DNA of 63,153 nucleotides, the filler included, from Hyphochytrium catenoides (Eukaryota > Protista > Hyphochytriomycota), in assembly GCA_900088475.1 (NCBI GenBank). It is 9 parts of 9 records of this genome, joined end to end, with 100 filler letters (N's around TTAATTAATTAA, not from the genome) between each part and the next. Parts side by side here need not be neighbours in the genome. Positions count along the whole stretch, not along the records: positions 45,649 to 50,816 come from FLMG01004207.1; positions 50,917 to 54,517 come from FLMG01003296.1; positions 54,618 to 56,215 come from FLMG01000011.1; positions 56,316 to 58,322 come from FLMG01000226.1; positions 58,423 to 61,540 come from FLMG01001255.1; positions 61,641 to 63,153 come from FLMG01000393.1; 3 more parts are not named here. One strand, 5' to 3'. Within the stretch, counting starts at the first letter, position 1. Each line of letters opens with the position of its first letter. The notes beneath the pieces are model-generated. The model made no database searches. It had not been told where the DNA came from and was given only the letters and a program-made list of their open reading frames with translations. A program made the translations under genes and the position numbers. This document shows positions 50,772-63,153 of the stretch, piece by piece.

Positions 50772-51623
50772 TCTGTTTTAAAGATAGTGCGGAGAGGGAG
50801 ACGGTACATAGAGACANNNNNNNNNNNNNNNNNNNNNNNNNNNNNNNNNNNNNNNNNNNNTTAATTAATTAANNNNNNNNNNNNNNNNNNNNNNNNNNNN
50901 NNNNNNNNNNNNNNNNAGCAGGTGGTTTATGGGGCAAGAGGACCAGCATATCGTTAAAGAAGATGTTCAGAGAGATAGAAGGAGATGAAAATCAAGCTCC
51001 AAAGACTACAGAGGAACTTTAAAGCCTAAAGCAATGCAAAGGTATCTTCCTTATGTTCCTCTTCTTATTTTTATACTGTCTACGCTGAGCCGTTGTATAT
51101 CCGCCGGAAGTACAATGAGAGGAGAAAGAAGAATGGGATAAAAGTAGAGAATTATAACAGAGCACAGAATCCTGGTCGGCACCTCCGTCTGGCACCCGCA
51201 GTATAAAAGGTGTTCTTACACTGGAGTAAATGGTATGAAGAGTTCCATAAACGATGGAGAAACATCTACCCAGCAGCAGCTAAATACTGGTCGTCCTCTG
51301 AAACAGGCGTCACCCTAGCTCCTTCTTAGGTGGTCACCCGCCTGGCCCCTCTGTGGTCTACACTGAGACAGAGATGGTATTGCTAGACCTCCGTTCTTTC
51401 TTCTCTCTTTGCCCGATCGTGGCCTCCATTTCGTCGTCAAAGAAGGCCCGCATAAATGGGAAGAAGCTTAGTAGCACTAAGCTGCCAACTATGGCACCAC
51501 AAACTCCCAAAAGACCTGCATCACAGAGTTTCCAAAGGATGAGTTACAAGGCAGAGACAGTGAGTAACTATGCCAATGATGGGTCGAACACTGGTAGACT
51601 TGGGTAAGATAGAGAGAGTTGGT

Positions 51624-53264
51624 TCAATGTGCCTCATACCGCGTCTGATAAGACTCATACCACGGCTGATAAGGCAAGTGCCAGATGTAGTCAACGGGAA
51701 CGATATCCATAGTAAAGACGGTACAAACCAAGAGGAAGACCAGAACTTCGTGAAACGTACCGGCAGCGACAAAAGCGGCAATGGACACTGTTCGGCTGTC
51801 ATTTACTGATCGCAAACCAACACCCATGAGCCCCCAGGCTAGGACCAGGCAGAGGGTACTATCCTTGCGCACTGTTATACTAAACATGCCCACCAGCGCC
51901 AAAAGCACAGAAAGGCTCACAGACAGCACAATATCGGTAGTGCTACCTACAAACACCACAGTGAGATCAGAGTTCTAAGATAGGCTGTTGTTGCCTCCTC
52001 ATCAGTTCTATATCTATCCCATCGTCCAGTCTTGCGAGAATATTGGATACCTCTACCTTGACCTAAGCACCATGGGGCTGTTCCCCACTAAACTTTTCCA
52101 AACAGAGATTGTATCTAGCTTACCTGGTACCATTCCGGCCTCTACCGCGACGGCTGCCAAATGCATTGAAGCCAGGAAGAGAAGCCAGCCGAGAGACAGG
52201 GAAAAAGGGAGGTGAATGAGAAGACGATCAGGTGGCCCAGTTCTGAACTCTTGCTTGCCCCCAATATCTAAACGAACCTACAAAGGCGAGGCGGTGATCA
52301 AGTTAAAATTGAGGATAATGGCATGGAACTTCAGGGCGAAGCCGACTAAAGCGCAACAAGGGAAGGGTAGAAGAGAACGAGAAAAGGAAATTAGACCAAG
52401 AACAGAAATCACTGAGACCGGCTAGGGTCGCTCCCGCCTTGTTCGAAAGACAGAAAAAGATAGCAATGAAAAGGGAAGATTGGGTCATGGAGAGGGGTCA
52501 TTTACTAGAGAACAGGGACGGGAGACGGTCCTAGAAGTAGAAGTGTGAGTGCTCACATATATAACGATGTGCACGGCCATGAGAAGAAGCAAGAGCACCA
52601 AAGAGAGCCATAGCACTTCTCTTGAGAAGGCTATAAGCCACGCACTATTGGTGATACAAAGTGCAACGAAGAGCCAGCCGACATCCCGCGAAATTTTTGC
52701 ATTTCCTAGTTGAGAGGGTAAAGCCTTACAAACCATGTGAGACTCAAAAGATCACTGAAAAGCTGAAGAGCGATCCAGATGCAGAAGGAAAATGCCGAGA
52801 GCTTATATAGCAAGCGGTAAGTAGAATAAAAGTACGAGCCAGTGCCCTACCTGATACACAGCGAAGGCGGTGAAAGCCAAGAAGACCAAGCCCACGCAGG
52901 CAAAAGTCCAATCAGGGACTCCAAATAGTGTGTGATACTTATCAAGAGCTGCGAATTGAGTGCTCCCTGCAAGGCATTAAGGCGCTATTAAGAAATAAAT
53001 CTTTCCTTAAAAAGACGTCACAGGTGAAGGGCTAAGCCATTAAGCAAGCGATATGGACGAGGGGAAGGAGAGTCTTATAAGCAGCCCACACACTGTTGGA
53101 CTTAGAGAGACAAGGCTTAGTAAGAGGCGTCCCTTACCTCCAAATGGTTCTTTGAAGGAGAGAAGGTTCAAGATGAAGCTGATCACAAGGGCCAGCACAT
53201 TGAGCCCTCTTAGTAGTCGCACCCGTCCTAGGCCACCGCCTTTCGAGCTCCTCCTCTCTTCCAT
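51624..53264 (-). CDS. TspO/MBR-like extended membrane protein; exons approx. 53264-53138, 52966-52851, 52724-?, ?-52124, 51974-51624 (middle junctions unresolved)
   Basis: LNVLALVISFILNLLS, KYHTLFGVPDWTFA..FAVYQALP, VGWLFVALCITNSAWLIAF, PFSLSLGWL and RKD..CLVLAWGLMGV follow the pattern of the extended tryptophan-rich sensory protein-like family. Introns are short GT-AG. Confidence 0.65.
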
Positions 53265-53939
53265 CCTCCCACCAAGCAACGGCGTGTAGTGCGGCGACCC
53301 AATTATTCTTGTTCACACGGAATAGCTCCGAAGCTCGGCCTAATCTCCTTCTGGAACAGAATGCAGATTTTTGCTTTGTGAGCTTTCAGAGACCGAGAAA
53401 TTTCAGCTTCCACGAAGATTTTTGGCACAGAGAAAAAAGGCTGTAGACAATATGCGAATATGCGAGACAGAAATCGAGCTAGAGAATGAGAGAGATACAC
53501 ATTGTGCTGTAAGAGGGAAGCTATTATGACTGAAGAACTGGGTATGAGCCATTAGAAAGAGCCAAGAGAGATAACAAAGAGATAAAAAAAGGGCACAACG
53601 ATCAGAAAACGGACTCCCTCCACTGCCGAGTAAGCACGAAACATCCAAGGGAAATCCTCAGCGTTTCCTTTCGGGATGTATCCCTATGAGTTTTCCTTGG
53701 TCTGATGAAGAAGCCTTCATTTTCGGCTTTAGTGGCCGGCCTTCTCTAGGCTTCTGCCAGCGTAAATGCATTGTGGACTCCACTGCAGAGCGGGACAGGT
53801 ATGCCGTATCTACGGATTCCGCATAAATGAAGGTTATGTTCCTTATAGATTAAGTTCGTTAGCGGCTATCCTAGGGTGGTGATTGGGTGATGGGAGGTTC
53901 GCATTCCCTATCAACGCAACAGGAGAGAGAGAGGGAGAA

Positions 53940-54010
<71 letters not shown>

Positions 54011-55857
54011 AAAAGAGAGAGCGAGAGAATTAAGAGAGAGTTGGGGAGGGAAGAGAGACAGAGAGAGAGAGAGAGAAAAAGAGAAAGAAAGAGAGAGAGA
54101 GAGAGAAGAGAGTGAGCGATGATCCATCAACGACAATCCAGCACTCAAAAGAGGGACAACAACGAGCTCCCAACCTTCATCATCAATCAGAGCAACAGCA
54201 GTCTCAACATCAAGTCTTCAGATTGGCATCGGATCTACTGGCAGGATAGCGGAAAGGGAAGAACGTTAAGACGATAACGCTTAAAATGGCGTGGAAAGGC
54301 AAGGATGTCATCTCCGTGGACCAGTTCGAGAGGACCACGATCGAGTAAGTCCTCAAGCGGAACAGAGGAAGGGGTCAGGACGTACAGATCCAGTGAAAGC
54401 GATCAAGTGCAGCTCTTGGGATGTAATAAGAGAGGAAGGTTGAAGAAAGGGCACATGAGAGGACGACATAGGTCTGGGAGACACGGAAAGAGAGAAAGCG
54501 GGAGAGAAACCGGGGGGNNNNNNNNNNNNNNNNNNNNNNNNNNNNNNNNNNNNNNNNNNNNTTAATTAATTAANNNNNNNNNNNNNNNNNNNNNNNNNNN
54601 NNNNNNNNNNNNNNNNNCTCTCTCTCTCTCCCTCCCCCTCTCTCGTCTCGGCCATTCTGTATCACAATGAGAAAGCCTGCCCCGTTCCTCTCCTTCCCTG
54701 CTACCTTGCTCACCCCACCACTCGTGAGGAGGGTGGTCTCTCCCCATTCCCTCTCTTACTTCTCCTCCTCTCTACCATCCTTTCGCCTCCTCTACCTTCT
54801 CTGTCTTCTGTCCCCCCCAACTCTCCTATTCCCTCTCTGATTTCCCACCATGTCGAGCGAGCAGGTGCTGGTGGTGCGCTTGCCTTCTCCCTTGTCACTC
54901 CTTCATCAGGCTCATGGCGCGCAGGTTGTGGCCGCGGCGGCTCATGCTCTGATGATTGATGAACATGTCTATTCATAAAGAGGAGGCACAGGGTCCAGAC
55001 GGCGAGAGACGGCGAGCGGCACCCGCCTCGCCAACTTCTCGAGTCAGAGAGGAGCACGAGGACCATTATACTTCAAGGCCAGAAGAAGTGGAGACGCTGA
55101 CAGATCCGCTGCTTCCTCTCTTTCCCTCATCGCGCCAGCCCCGAGCCATACCAACTTCCCTGCGCCTGGCGCCAAGAGCATTCAATTCATGCTGGGAATA
55201 GACTTTCAGTCCTTTAACTTAGAATCCCTTAGAAAAGGAAGGAACAGACTGGTTAGGGGCGATCGTGCCGCGGAGTAGAAGAGAAGAAGAAAGCGAAGAG
55301 CAACCATGTCTTCTCTTCTCTCCTCTCTCACTTCCGATCCGGTCTGAGGCAGTGACGCAGACAGACGCGGCCGATGGCGCTCTGAGCTCCTTGCGCGTGA
55401 GTGAGAGTGACAGACAGGCAATGGCGCATGGAGAAGAGAGAGACAGAGGATGATGAGATACTCTCATAAGTATGACTTTGGGAAAGACAGAGTGGCATGG
55501 AGATGAGCAGAAGGAGACGATGTAACAATCTTAGTGCAAGTATTTCTCTCCCCTCTCCTTGAAGATCTCCGCAGCTCATTCTGAAAGGACAGCATCATCT
55601 CTCTGCCCTCGTGTTCTGGTCTCTATCTCTCTCTCTTTTTTTCTCTCTTTCTCTCTCTCTCTTTTCAGTCTTTAGACTTTGAACACTTTTGTCTTTTTCT
55701 TTTCTTCTTTTGAACCCAGGATTTTGGTCCCCAGTTGCCCTACAAGCAGTACATGAGGCAGGAGGAGGAGTGGACAATAGACCAAACTCTTCAACTGTCC
55801 GCACAGAGAGAGACACACAGAGAGAAAGAGAGCGAGCAGAGAGAGAGACACACACAC

Positions 55858-55895
<38 letters not shown>

Positions 55896-56463
55896 CGGTA
55901 GGACGAGCACTGCAACTGTTGCTGGATCTTCGCGACCAAACCAGCGGCGGCGCATCAGCCTTTTTGGTCAGCACAAACAGCCAGCGGCGAGGGAAGAAAA
56001 GGAGAGAGAGAGAGAGAGAGAGAGTAGCTGAACAGAGGCTAACAACGACAACGCACGGAAGTCTTGCCTTTTATTCGTCCCATGACGGTCACTGGGAGCA
56101 TAGAGGCCAAGCCCGTACAAGAGACATCACCTTCATCGACCCTAATACACAGGCTCCCGTTAAAGCACAACGGACTCCAAGGGCAGGTCAACCCTTATAG
56201 TCAGGTGATATGACCNNNNNNNNNNNNNNNNNNNNNNNNNNNNNNNNNNNNNNNNNNNNTTAATTAATTAANNNNNNNNNNNNNNNNNNNNNNNNNNNNN
56301 NNNNNNNNNNNNNNNCAACCCCCAATATTAATTCAAAGTGCTCACCATCAAATAATAAAATCTAACAGGGAGTGAGTCCTTAGGCCAACTAACTGGGCCA
56401 AGCCGTAGCCGTGGAATATCCTCCATGAAAGGAAATCGCTCTTAGAGTACAGTGGAAAAGTAA

Positions 56464-56543
56464 AGGATATTCCAGGACTTGAACCTGGATCTCATGATTG
56501 ATCAACCAAGCGTGCTACCACAAAGACATTGCACCAAATATCC
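56464..56543 (-). pseudogene. tRNA-like cloverleaf (pseudogene or SINE head) with enlarged D-loop and damaged anticodon arm
   Basis: Minus strand: GGATATT/AATATCC acceptor stem, GTGC/GCAC D-stem, and CCAGG-TTCAAGT-CCTGG T-arm (B box). The anticodon stem is imperfect. Confidence 0.6.
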
Positions 56544-57337
56544 ATACAAGACTGGAGTGACCAAGGACTATATACCGGATACAACTCACAGACCTAACAG
56601 TACTCACATGTACTACTAAAGCATAGAGGTAGTACCAGTACATCATCCAAAGTAAAAAGCTAAATGAGCGCTAGAATTGGAGATTACGACTGAAAATTCC
56701 CCAAACAAACTGTCTGGCAAAGGTGAGAAACAAGTATGCTCGAAAGTCAACTTATTGTCGTCAGATTGGCGGGATTGTTCAAACTCAGATTGTCTGTCGG
56801 TCTGACTCGGATTGTCAGCAGATTGTGTGTCTGTCCGCACAATCCTAATGTAATAAGGCCTACCCTCGTGGTGAGGGCTAGGTGTGTAATGTAAGAGATT
56901 GACTACTGACTGTTGTTAGATTTCGTAAAGAAAAAAAGAGTGAGATCAATGGGTTTCCATAACTAAATCTCTGCTTTAGCTGGCCAGCCTAGCCTCAGGT
57001 CTGGCAAATCTTAGCAGAAGAAGACTTCTAATGAAGCGTATCTAAGGACTTTGCCCCCAGCTCGAGCTTTATTGACTGATGATCAACATGCCCGCAAGGA
57101 CAAATTGATCCCAGGGAGGAACAGAGGGGAGAAGAGGGATGACGAAGAGATGAGCAGCCTCCTTCGTAGTATGCGCTATGTGGAACGCTGATAGCCGACC
57201 CTTGGTCTAGGAGACTCGAACTACTACCATCTGTGATGACCTGTTGAGTGCTACAATGTTCGTTGTCAGTAGTAGTACAGTAGTCACTCTCTATACACAC
57301 CTAGCTCTCAGGGACATAGACGTTACGGGTACACCTG

Positions 57338-58249
57338 TGTTATGGGAAAGAGGGATGTGAGAAGAATTTCCAGAAGAACACAGGAACAGCACAGGAGAGA
57401 GATGATGAGGGAAGCTGGGCCGAGCAACAAAAGATCTCGAGACCAGACTTTCAGGACTCAGCGAGCATGCAGAGAAATCTCAAGCATATATCAATACCAA
57501 GTCCCTTTGTTATCGTTTCATCTAGATTGTGCTCATACAGAAGCTTCAGGCATTGCCACCCAGCTCTGTAAAGTTCATCAGGTTATGTTAGGCCCACACT
57601 CGCAGTTGGTCGTGACTGTTGGTTCTCTTCTTCTCAGTTGAGCTGCTAGAGTGACAATCCTGTCCCATACAATGACATCAAAGGAAGGCGGAGTTCATCC
57701 GCACAATATCGCTGTTCTACACAGCAAGGACCAGTATCCTATCTGGTCAAGCCGGGTACGAAGTAACTTGGATGAATTAGACCTCCTCGTTCACATTGAG
57801 GATGAGAGTCAGACACTGCTGGCTGATGGCAAAGACCCGCTCATCGGTAGGGATTTCACAGAGTCAAGCAAGAAGACCTGGAAGAAGAATGATGAGCTCC
57901 TGTCGCTGCTGGAAGCACAAGAGTCAGCGTACGCGGGATGGCTCAAACTGCAGGACCTCCTCGTTCACATTGAGGATGAGAGTCAGACACTGCTGGCTGA
58001 TGGCAAAGACCCGCTCACCAGTAGGGATTTCACATGGGATTTGAAGACACTCTCATATAGGTAATGTGGTCTACTGATATGCTCGAAGTGAGTATGAAGA
58101 GCTTATGGGACCCGTGTTTCCTAGTTATCACGTTGTCTAGTTGTTCTGGGGAGGAGTAACTGTGTCTCGTATAAGCTACTAGAGCCAGTTACTACTACTT
58201 GACGTCATATGATGACTTACCTGATAATGAAGACCTAGCTATCATAACT
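57338..58249 (+). mobile_element. Internally deleted Copia-like relic: putative 5' LTR (~57338-57580), PBS-like site, gag fragment with ~80-bp internal duplication, then copy 3 of the LTR-like repeat (58034-58249)
   Basis: TGTTATG...CATCA followed by GGTTATG(TTA)GGCCCA. ORF 57651-58064 (LHSKDQYPIWSSRVRSNLDELDLLVHI) is homologous to the gag at 58599. Direct repeat at ~57780-57860 and ~57953-58033. Confidence 0.65.
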
Positions 58250-58598
58250 CTGAGACACTTTTTTGTGCCTTCTCCCTCTTCTCAGATAGAGTCTGGAACT
58301 GTGAGCCTTTTAGAGCTCTTGTNNNNNNNNNNNNNNNNNNNNNNNNNNNNNNNNNNNNNNNNNNNNTTAATTAATTAANNNNNNNNNNNNNNNNNNNNNN
58401 NNNNNNNNNNNNNNNNNNNNNNTAGAGCACTCTCATCTAATGACATTGTCCAATCATCCCATATAATCCAACAAATACATCTTATTTGACATCATTTGGA
58501 GCACCATTTTTGACATTTGTCAATTATACTGTCAGTTTTTCACGGAGATCACGACCCTGCAATCAAAACTCCCGTATCCCCTCTACTTTTGGAGAAAA

Positions 58599-61540
58599 AT
58601 GGACTCTCAGCCCTCAGGAGCTCTATCCATCAACAAGCTTCAAGGACGAGATGACTACCCCATCTGGAGTGTCAAAATGGAAGCCTATCTGGACGAGCTA
58701 GGTCTACTGGACCACATTACGGATCCCCAACCCTCTGGAGCCTCTACAGCGGACACTAAAAAGGAGGACAAGAAAACCGCAGGACGTGAACAGGACTCAG
58801 AATGGCTCAGGGATGACAAGAAAGCCTACAACAAGATTGCCCTTGCCGTGTCCGACAACCTCGTGCGCTTCTTACCAAGGAAGGGAACTGCCAGGGAGGC
58901 ATGGTTGAAATTGCAAGAGGAGTTTGAGAGCCGCAATGTCAACAATATTGTGACAACCCTCATCTCTTTCCTTACCAACAAACATAGGGATGGAGATGGT
59001 CTAAGAACCTTCCTGAATGAGCAACGCAGACAATGCGATTTGCTCAAAGAGATGATGACCAACGAAGACTTCAGTGACAAGCTCCTCATTGCATCCATCC
59101 TAATCGGGTTGCCAGTATCATTTCGAGGCACTGCCGAAGCAATTCAGGTCCGTGGCACTGGCACTCTGACTGCTGATCAAGTGGAAGAGATTCTCATCAG
59201 TGAGATTAATCGCCGTAGAGCTGTAGCTGCGCAGCAGGAGGCTACTACTGGTGAAAGAGGAGCTTATCACACCGAACGCCTGGATCCTCATAAAGGAGAT
59301 CCGGAAAAGGAAGACGCAATCCTTGTCCTCATTGCAATGGACGGACCCATCGTGCAGAACTATGTTGGGAATTGAAGGCCAATGCTCATCGTCGTCCGGC
59401 GGGGTGTAAGTCGCTCATTAAGGGGAAAGATAGTAAGCCAGCTGCAAAGCCTGCAGCGGCATTTGCGGCCTTTATTAATGCCCTTGACGCGGATCAGCGC
59501 GAGGAGCTAATCAACTCTCTTGGAATTGTCGCTTATACCAAGTCTCCTCCTTGTGCCGACGAAAACGAAAAAGAACCACCTCCAAAATCACAAGCAGAAG
59601 TGGCTTTCACAGAGAGCAACACCGCAGCACGGTGGATCATTGATAGCGGTGCCACAGATCATATCACCGGCAACCGGCAGCTTTTCCAGGACTACAGAGT
59701 CATAGATCCAATACCTCTACTCACAGCCGACAACAGAAGCGTCAAGGCCATCGGTCAAGGATCAGTCAAACTCTCTCTCACATCACCGACCAACCGGACA
59801 GGCACTGTAACCCTTCAGAACGTCTTACATGCTCCTGGGTTCACCAACAAAGATCTACTCTCGATCAGCAAGGAGCTTGATAAAGGTTACCACGTACTTT
59901 TTACCTAAGATGGACAGGTCTATTATCTACCGCCTAAACCTCTATCTCAGCTACTTTCTGTCGCACCAACCAGCACCCTTGGCGAACGCATTGGGAATCT
60001 CTTTTACGTGACGGGCTCTATCTTAACGGACTGTACTCCAGCAAGCAGTTCTCCCAGTGCCTACATCACCTTATCCGATACTGAGACAATAGCCCTTCTG
60101 CTTCCGCTATCAGCCCCCAATCAGTCACCATCTGGCATCGCAGATTGGGACATCTAAACATTCCAGATGTACGGAAATTGGCAACGGTTTCTTCAGGCAT
60201 GAAGATCACCAACGACACAACGTCTCTCTGCTCGGTTGTGTCTTGGGAAAACTGACCCGACGTAAGTTTCCTGAACAATCACACCGTAAAACACAACGCC
60301 CCCTTCAACTAGTCCACTCCGATGTTGGCATTGTCAATACACTTAGCCTTGGCGGTCATCGCTACTATGTGGTTTCGTCGATGACTATATATACTCGTCG
60401 AGTTTTTCTATATCTCATGAAGAATAAGAGTGAAGTCATCACTCACCTCGACACCTTCATCAAGATGGCTGAGCGCCAAACAGGACTTTAAGTTCAACGT
60501 ATTCGGAGCGACCGAGGTGGGGAATACTGCTCAGAGGCTATGAAGGAGTATTGCAAGACACGTGGCATTCTACATGAGCTCACAGCTCCATACAGTCCAG
60601 CGCAGAACGAAGTTGCCGAGCGACGGCAGAGAACTCTTGTGGAGTCTGCCCGGTGCATGCTACGTACGTGCTGCCAAGCGACCGCCCTCCTTTTGGCGTG
60701 AAGCTTTGTTAACGGCTGCATATGTAGGTAATCTCTCCCCAACAAGCGCCTTATATGGAGCAACTCCCTATGAAAAATGGTTCAATGCCAAACCGGACGT
60801 TAGTCATCCCCGTGTCTTTGGTTGTCTTGCCTATGCACTCGTACCGAACTCGAAGAGACAGAAAATGGACCCGAAGTCAAAGCCTTACATATTCGTTGGG
60901 TGCCCAGACAACTCAAAGGCCTATCGACTTTATGACAGAGAGAGTGGTACCATCATTGAGCGTAGGGATGTTGTGTTCGATGAAGAGGAATTTGGTTCGC
61001 TACTTCAAACCTCGCCTCAGCTGCGTGACTCTGTACTCCATCTCTTTGATGTACTTAGCGAGGAAGACAGCTCCCTCCCCAACAATCCGAATCAAAAAGG
61101 GGATTCTGATCAACATATGTCCATCCAAGTGACTCCCCCCAAGGAATACCTCGTCAAACAACCCGATACTGCAGCCCGCCCCTTCCCAACCCCTGAACCA
61201 GAAGACACAGTATGCGATACCGACAATTCAGCTTCGATAGATCCGTGTTCGCCTCCCGATGACCGTTGCGAAAACCTGCGCGTTTCCCAAGACAGTCTAC
61301 AACAAGCCCTTGTCCGAACCCCAGCACGAGCAACTGATTCCCCACAACAAGTACCTCCCCTCCCTCCCGCATTCCACTTTTCAAACGCCGACTTCAACAA
61401 GAAGACTCTATGTTCACCATGGCTAATCACCTTGGCAACTCCTTATCACCCAATGAACCCCGAACGATAGAGGAGGCTCTTTCTGGAGCGGATGCGTCGG
61501 AGTGGAACGCCGCTATCCTCAGTGAAATGGCATCTATGGA
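58599..61540 (+). mobile_element. Ty1/Copia LTR retrotransposon gag-pol, frameshifted; RT/RNase H lost in gap
   Basis: Domains in Copia order: gag (KLQGRDDYPIWSVKMEAYL), CCHC knuckle CPHCNGRTHRAELC (~59324-59365), protease WIIDSGATDH, IWHRRLGH, integrase LVHSDV / IRSDRGGEY / TAPYSPAQNEVAER, RVFGCLAY, and RT start EPRTIEEAL. Confidence 0.95.
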
Positions 61541-61957
61541 NNNNNNNNNNNNNNNNNNNNNNNNNNNNNNNNNNNNNNNNNNNNTTAATTAATTAANNNN
61601 NNNNNNNNNNNNNNNNNNNNNNNNNNNNNNNNNNNNNNNNAAAGGCCTCACTCCTGGCGGGCATCCTCGTCCTCGTCCTTCTCTCACAAGTGTTCCAAGA
61701 GTTCGGCACGTCAGTAATAAAAGAAGAGAGAGAGAGAGCTGGCGCCACTTTGAGGATTTCGAATTGAAGCAAGCAAGGATTGCACTTCGTAAGCCCAACA
61801 TTCCCGCGCTTTTCCCCAGTGTCCCTCCTGTACTTACTCTCTTAGCTTCCTTTATAATTAACCGTAGTTCCTATAACGTCTCGTACGCCGATGGATGCAG
61901 GATAACGGCTACGCCAGCAACTTGTACCAGAGTACCACTGTCCTTTCCAGCTTCACT

Positions 61958-62029
61958 TCCTCGTTAGTATAGTGGTTAGTATACCCGCCTGTCACGCGGG
62001 TGACCCGGGTTCAATTCCCGGACGGGGAG
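61958..62029 (+). tRNA. trnD-GTC: tRNA-Asp (GTC), intronless
   Basis: TCCTCGT...ACGGGGA acceptor stem, CCCGC-CTGTCAC-GCGGG anticodon arm, GGTTCAATTCC T-loop, and a T5 Pol III terminator just downstream. Confidence 0.97.
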
Positions 62030-62356
62030 CTCTTTTTGCATTTTGACAGTGGGACATCTCGCCGCTTAGCTACGAGTTGTCAAGCATTTTGGCCCCTTTG
62101 CTCATGAAGATCTTCACAAGAATAAGGCCTTTACCAGTTTTCTCTGACAAGAAGAAAAATACTTCTTCGTTCATCAGCTTGCGTCCACTGTCATTTCCTG
62201 TCTGTCCAGGTCAACGCACCTATTGGAGACTGCCCATAGAATATCTCTGCCAGTACCTTGCCAGATCGTCTGAGGATCGATCTAACTTTCTCACTCACTC
62301 GTCTTCGCAAAGGCCCAAGCGCTTTTTGACCGCTGTCAGCCTCCGGTGAAGCAAGG

Positions 62357-63153
62357 ATGAAGAAGAAGGTCTGGGGCTTCCCCTTCTACATCTTCCATAC
62401 TCCTGGCATCTAACGTTCCTGGCTTCTCGTCAGGTGCTGTTGATGGGTAAATCGGGGTCGGGAAAGACCTCAATGAGGTCTATCATCTTCGCTAACTATC
62501 TAGGTAAAACGCACTGCAAGATAAGTTGAAAGCTTCGTGTCTCACTTTACACTCTCTTCTTACGGACAAATCTTGACCTCCACGCTTTTCTCTCCGTGTG
62601 ACTAGCGCGGGATACAATGCGGCTTGGCCCTACACGTAAGTCACCAATCTGTGCATTCCAACCCCAATACCTTGCTGACAAATGCCTACTCTCATCTCAG
62701 TGGATGTCGAACATTCGCATGTCAGATTCCTCGGGAACCTTGTGCTCAACCTCTGGGATTGTGGCGGGTAGGACCGATAGGCCGTAAAATAAAAGTAGAA
62801 GACTCACGCCTTCCTTCCACTCTTTCTAGTCAAGACGCTTTCTATGAGAACTACTTTGAGAGTCAGCGAGATCACATCTTTCGTGGCGTAGAAGTACTGA
62901 TCTACGTCTTTGACGTAGAAAGCAAAGAAATGCAAAAGGACTTGATGCATTTTGATGGTGTTTTGGAGGCCATCATGGAGAACTCTACGAATGCAAGGGT
63001 CTTCGTTTTAATTCATAAGATGGATCTGGTGGCTGAAGGGAGCAGAGATGAGGTGAAGCCTGTCATTTGCATGCCATTTTGCTGGCCTTCCAAGCTTAAC
63101 TTGTTTTGGCTTCAACTAAGGTGTTTAGGGAAAGAGAGCAGACCATTCTGTCC
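62357..63153 (+). CDS. RRAGA: Rag GTPase A/B (Gtr1), 3' truncated; exons 62357-62368, 62434-62503, 62606-62635, 62701-62767, 62830-63052, 63121->63153
   Basis: [97 protein letters not shown]. All introns GT-AG. Absent from the ORF track. Confidence 0.97.

Noticed and set aside
3574-53264. Functional tetrapyrrole cluster of UROD and the TspO-like gene
   Set aside because: They are more than 40 kb and several contig joins apart, and the TspO-like call is only moderate.
1-56100. Hundreds of ORFs rich in SLSLSL or RERERE, including long ones such as 42121-43278 and 3769-4680
   Set aside because: They are translations of (CT)n/(GA)n tracts that lack stop codons. Only embedded exons with family motifs were kept.
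56859-56890. Hairpin CCTACCCTC...GAGGGCTAGG as a Helitron 3' end
   Set aside because: There is no correctly spaced downstream CTRR terminus and no Rep/helicase remnants.
59270-59375. Programmed gag-pol frameshift in the Copia element
   Set aside because: The element has several other frameshifts and stops, so mutational decay explains it more simply.
17346-61640. Recurring TTAATTAATTAA flanked by N runs, as a biological repeat or CRISPR-like array
   Set aside because: It is an assembly linker. No repeat-spacer array or cas gene is present in the window.
58599-62029. Copia insertion targeted upstream of tRNA-Asp (Ty1-like)
   Set aside because: A contig linker (61541-61640) separates them and the element's 3' half is missing, so distance and adjacency are unknown.

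Overview
Eukaryotic nuclear scaffold with GT-AG spliceosomal introns. Gene content suggests a stramenopile alga or protist, but that is inference. It is made of 9 contigs joined by artificial 100-nt N44-TTAATTAATTAA-N44 linkers. It is saturated with (CT)n/(GA)n microsatellite, so most ORF-track entries (SLSL/ERER) are spurious. Genes reconstructed by hand: an AzgA/NCS2-type permease (5' truncated), a 9-exon uroporphyrinogen decarboxylase, REEP/Yop1, PIG-U, a Rab8/RabE GTPase (5' in a gap), an orphan multi-TM protein, a CxxxGC/CxxHG zinc-finger-repeat protein, a TspO-like membrane protein, tRNA-Asp(GTC) and RagA/Gtr1 (3' truncated). Mobile DNA: a decayed Sola3-like DNA transposon carrying two OTU deubiquitinase-like domains, Copia retroelements and a dispersed LTR-like repeat. 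Best candidates for something new: (1) an ~10.5-kb block of intronless genes (two bacterial-type SRPBCC/AHSA1, two bacterial-type VOC/PhnB and an IFI6/IFI27-like ORF between them) that looks like a horizontally seeded toxin-sequestration/defence cluster; (2) the tandem-OTU transposase; (3) polarised GA-rich 5' / CT-rich 3' introns that could fold back on themselves. All family calls come from motif recognition, not database searches.
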